Shown here: piece by piece, positions 63,181 through 64,000 of the stretch
Layout of the letters: each line of letters starts with the position of its first letter
How positions within the stretch are numbered: the first letter of the stretch is position 1
DNA from: Pristiophorus japonicus
Lineage: Eukaryota
Length of the DNA: 64,000 bases
NCBI RefSeq assembly: GCF_044704955.1
Contig: NC_091998.1
Coordinates: 63,178,001-63,242,000, forward strand
Direction: 5' to 3'
Position numbers and translations under genes: made by a program
Notes under the pieces: model-generated
Database searches by the model: none
Seen by the model: only the letters and a program-made list of their open reading frames with translations
Told to the model about the DNA's origin: nothing

Positions 63181-64000
63181 CTAATTTTATTTTTTGTCAT
63201 TGTTTATTACTGGAGAAAAGTTTTCAAAGAAACATTTTAAGACGCCTACCACTCAAAATACCACTGCCCACGCATAACAAAATCAAACTCTTAACTAGAC
63301 AGCCATTAAAAATACTCTTACATCTTTAAAACTCTTCAACTCAATTAGTGCCTTCTGACTCGCTGATGGCCAGCTATTGCTTTCACTGTAATTCTGTCTA
63401 AAAATATTTGTCCAGACCACTTTATTACAGTGCAGCATCCTGAAAACTGTCAGGTTGACAACATTTAAATTTAGAAACAAACTGCTTGTTCGATGCAAAA
63501 TGCTATGTTCGCCATAGTGACTAGAGAAAGAAAATTGAAAGGAAAATGTTCATTGCCTATTAGAATTTACCAAAGAACTTTGTATTTGAGCCACTGGTTC
63601 AGACTTTGTGCTGTAAGAATGGGGGGGAAATTGCTACATAATTTTGAAACTTTTCCCATGTGATGTTGGTAAAGTTCAGTTTAAATTCACTTTCCAATGT
63701 GGAACTGAGTCTTTCAAACGAAGTAGAATGAAGTCGTGGTTAAGGTGCCATTTTATGCTGACTTGGCTGATCTCAACCAAAGCAGCACGATTTGCCTCAA
63801 TGTTTAAGCTATTAATAGAGGAAAATCAACCAGTGATCCCTGTGCGTGGCTATTGGAGGGGAACACAACTGGATTTGTCTGTGCTGCCCATTCTAGTCAA
63901 ATAGCCTGCTGACCCGCACTGTCCAGGCCTACACATGAAGAATACTCACTTGGGTGATGTACTGTTACCTCTAGACTTGACCACTCCAACTCAATCCTGG

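Overview
Eukaryotic, repeat-rich vertebrate DNA. The repeat content (CR1, L2, RTE and Tx1 LINEs, a DeuSINE/SacSINE1-like SINE, Penelope remnants) suggests a cartilaginous fish; the species cannot be determined from the sequence. Two CNNM (cyclin M / ACDP Mg2+ transport) paralogs lie in tandem on the minus strand. The first is a complete 7-exon CNNM4-like gene (ATG 59983, stop 19707; all introns GT-AG and in phase; 2322 nt CDS, 773 aa). The second is exon 1 of a CNNM3-like gene (4442-3119), whose other exons lie beyond the left edge. Most of the remaining sequence is transposon debris and minisatellites, and most short ORFs in the track are spurious or TE fragments. Two observations stand out. 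(1) Three Tx1-clade retroelement units are stacked at one 14-bp site inside a CR1 LINE, which suggests a CR1-targeting element. (2) Both CNNM promoters carry multiple copies of a composite PBX/PREP decamer (TGATTGACAG) + 9-10 bp + CCAAT (NF-Y) element, in opposite orientations. Coordinates were read by eye: exon and TSD boundaries are base-resolved, while most TE boundaries are approximate.
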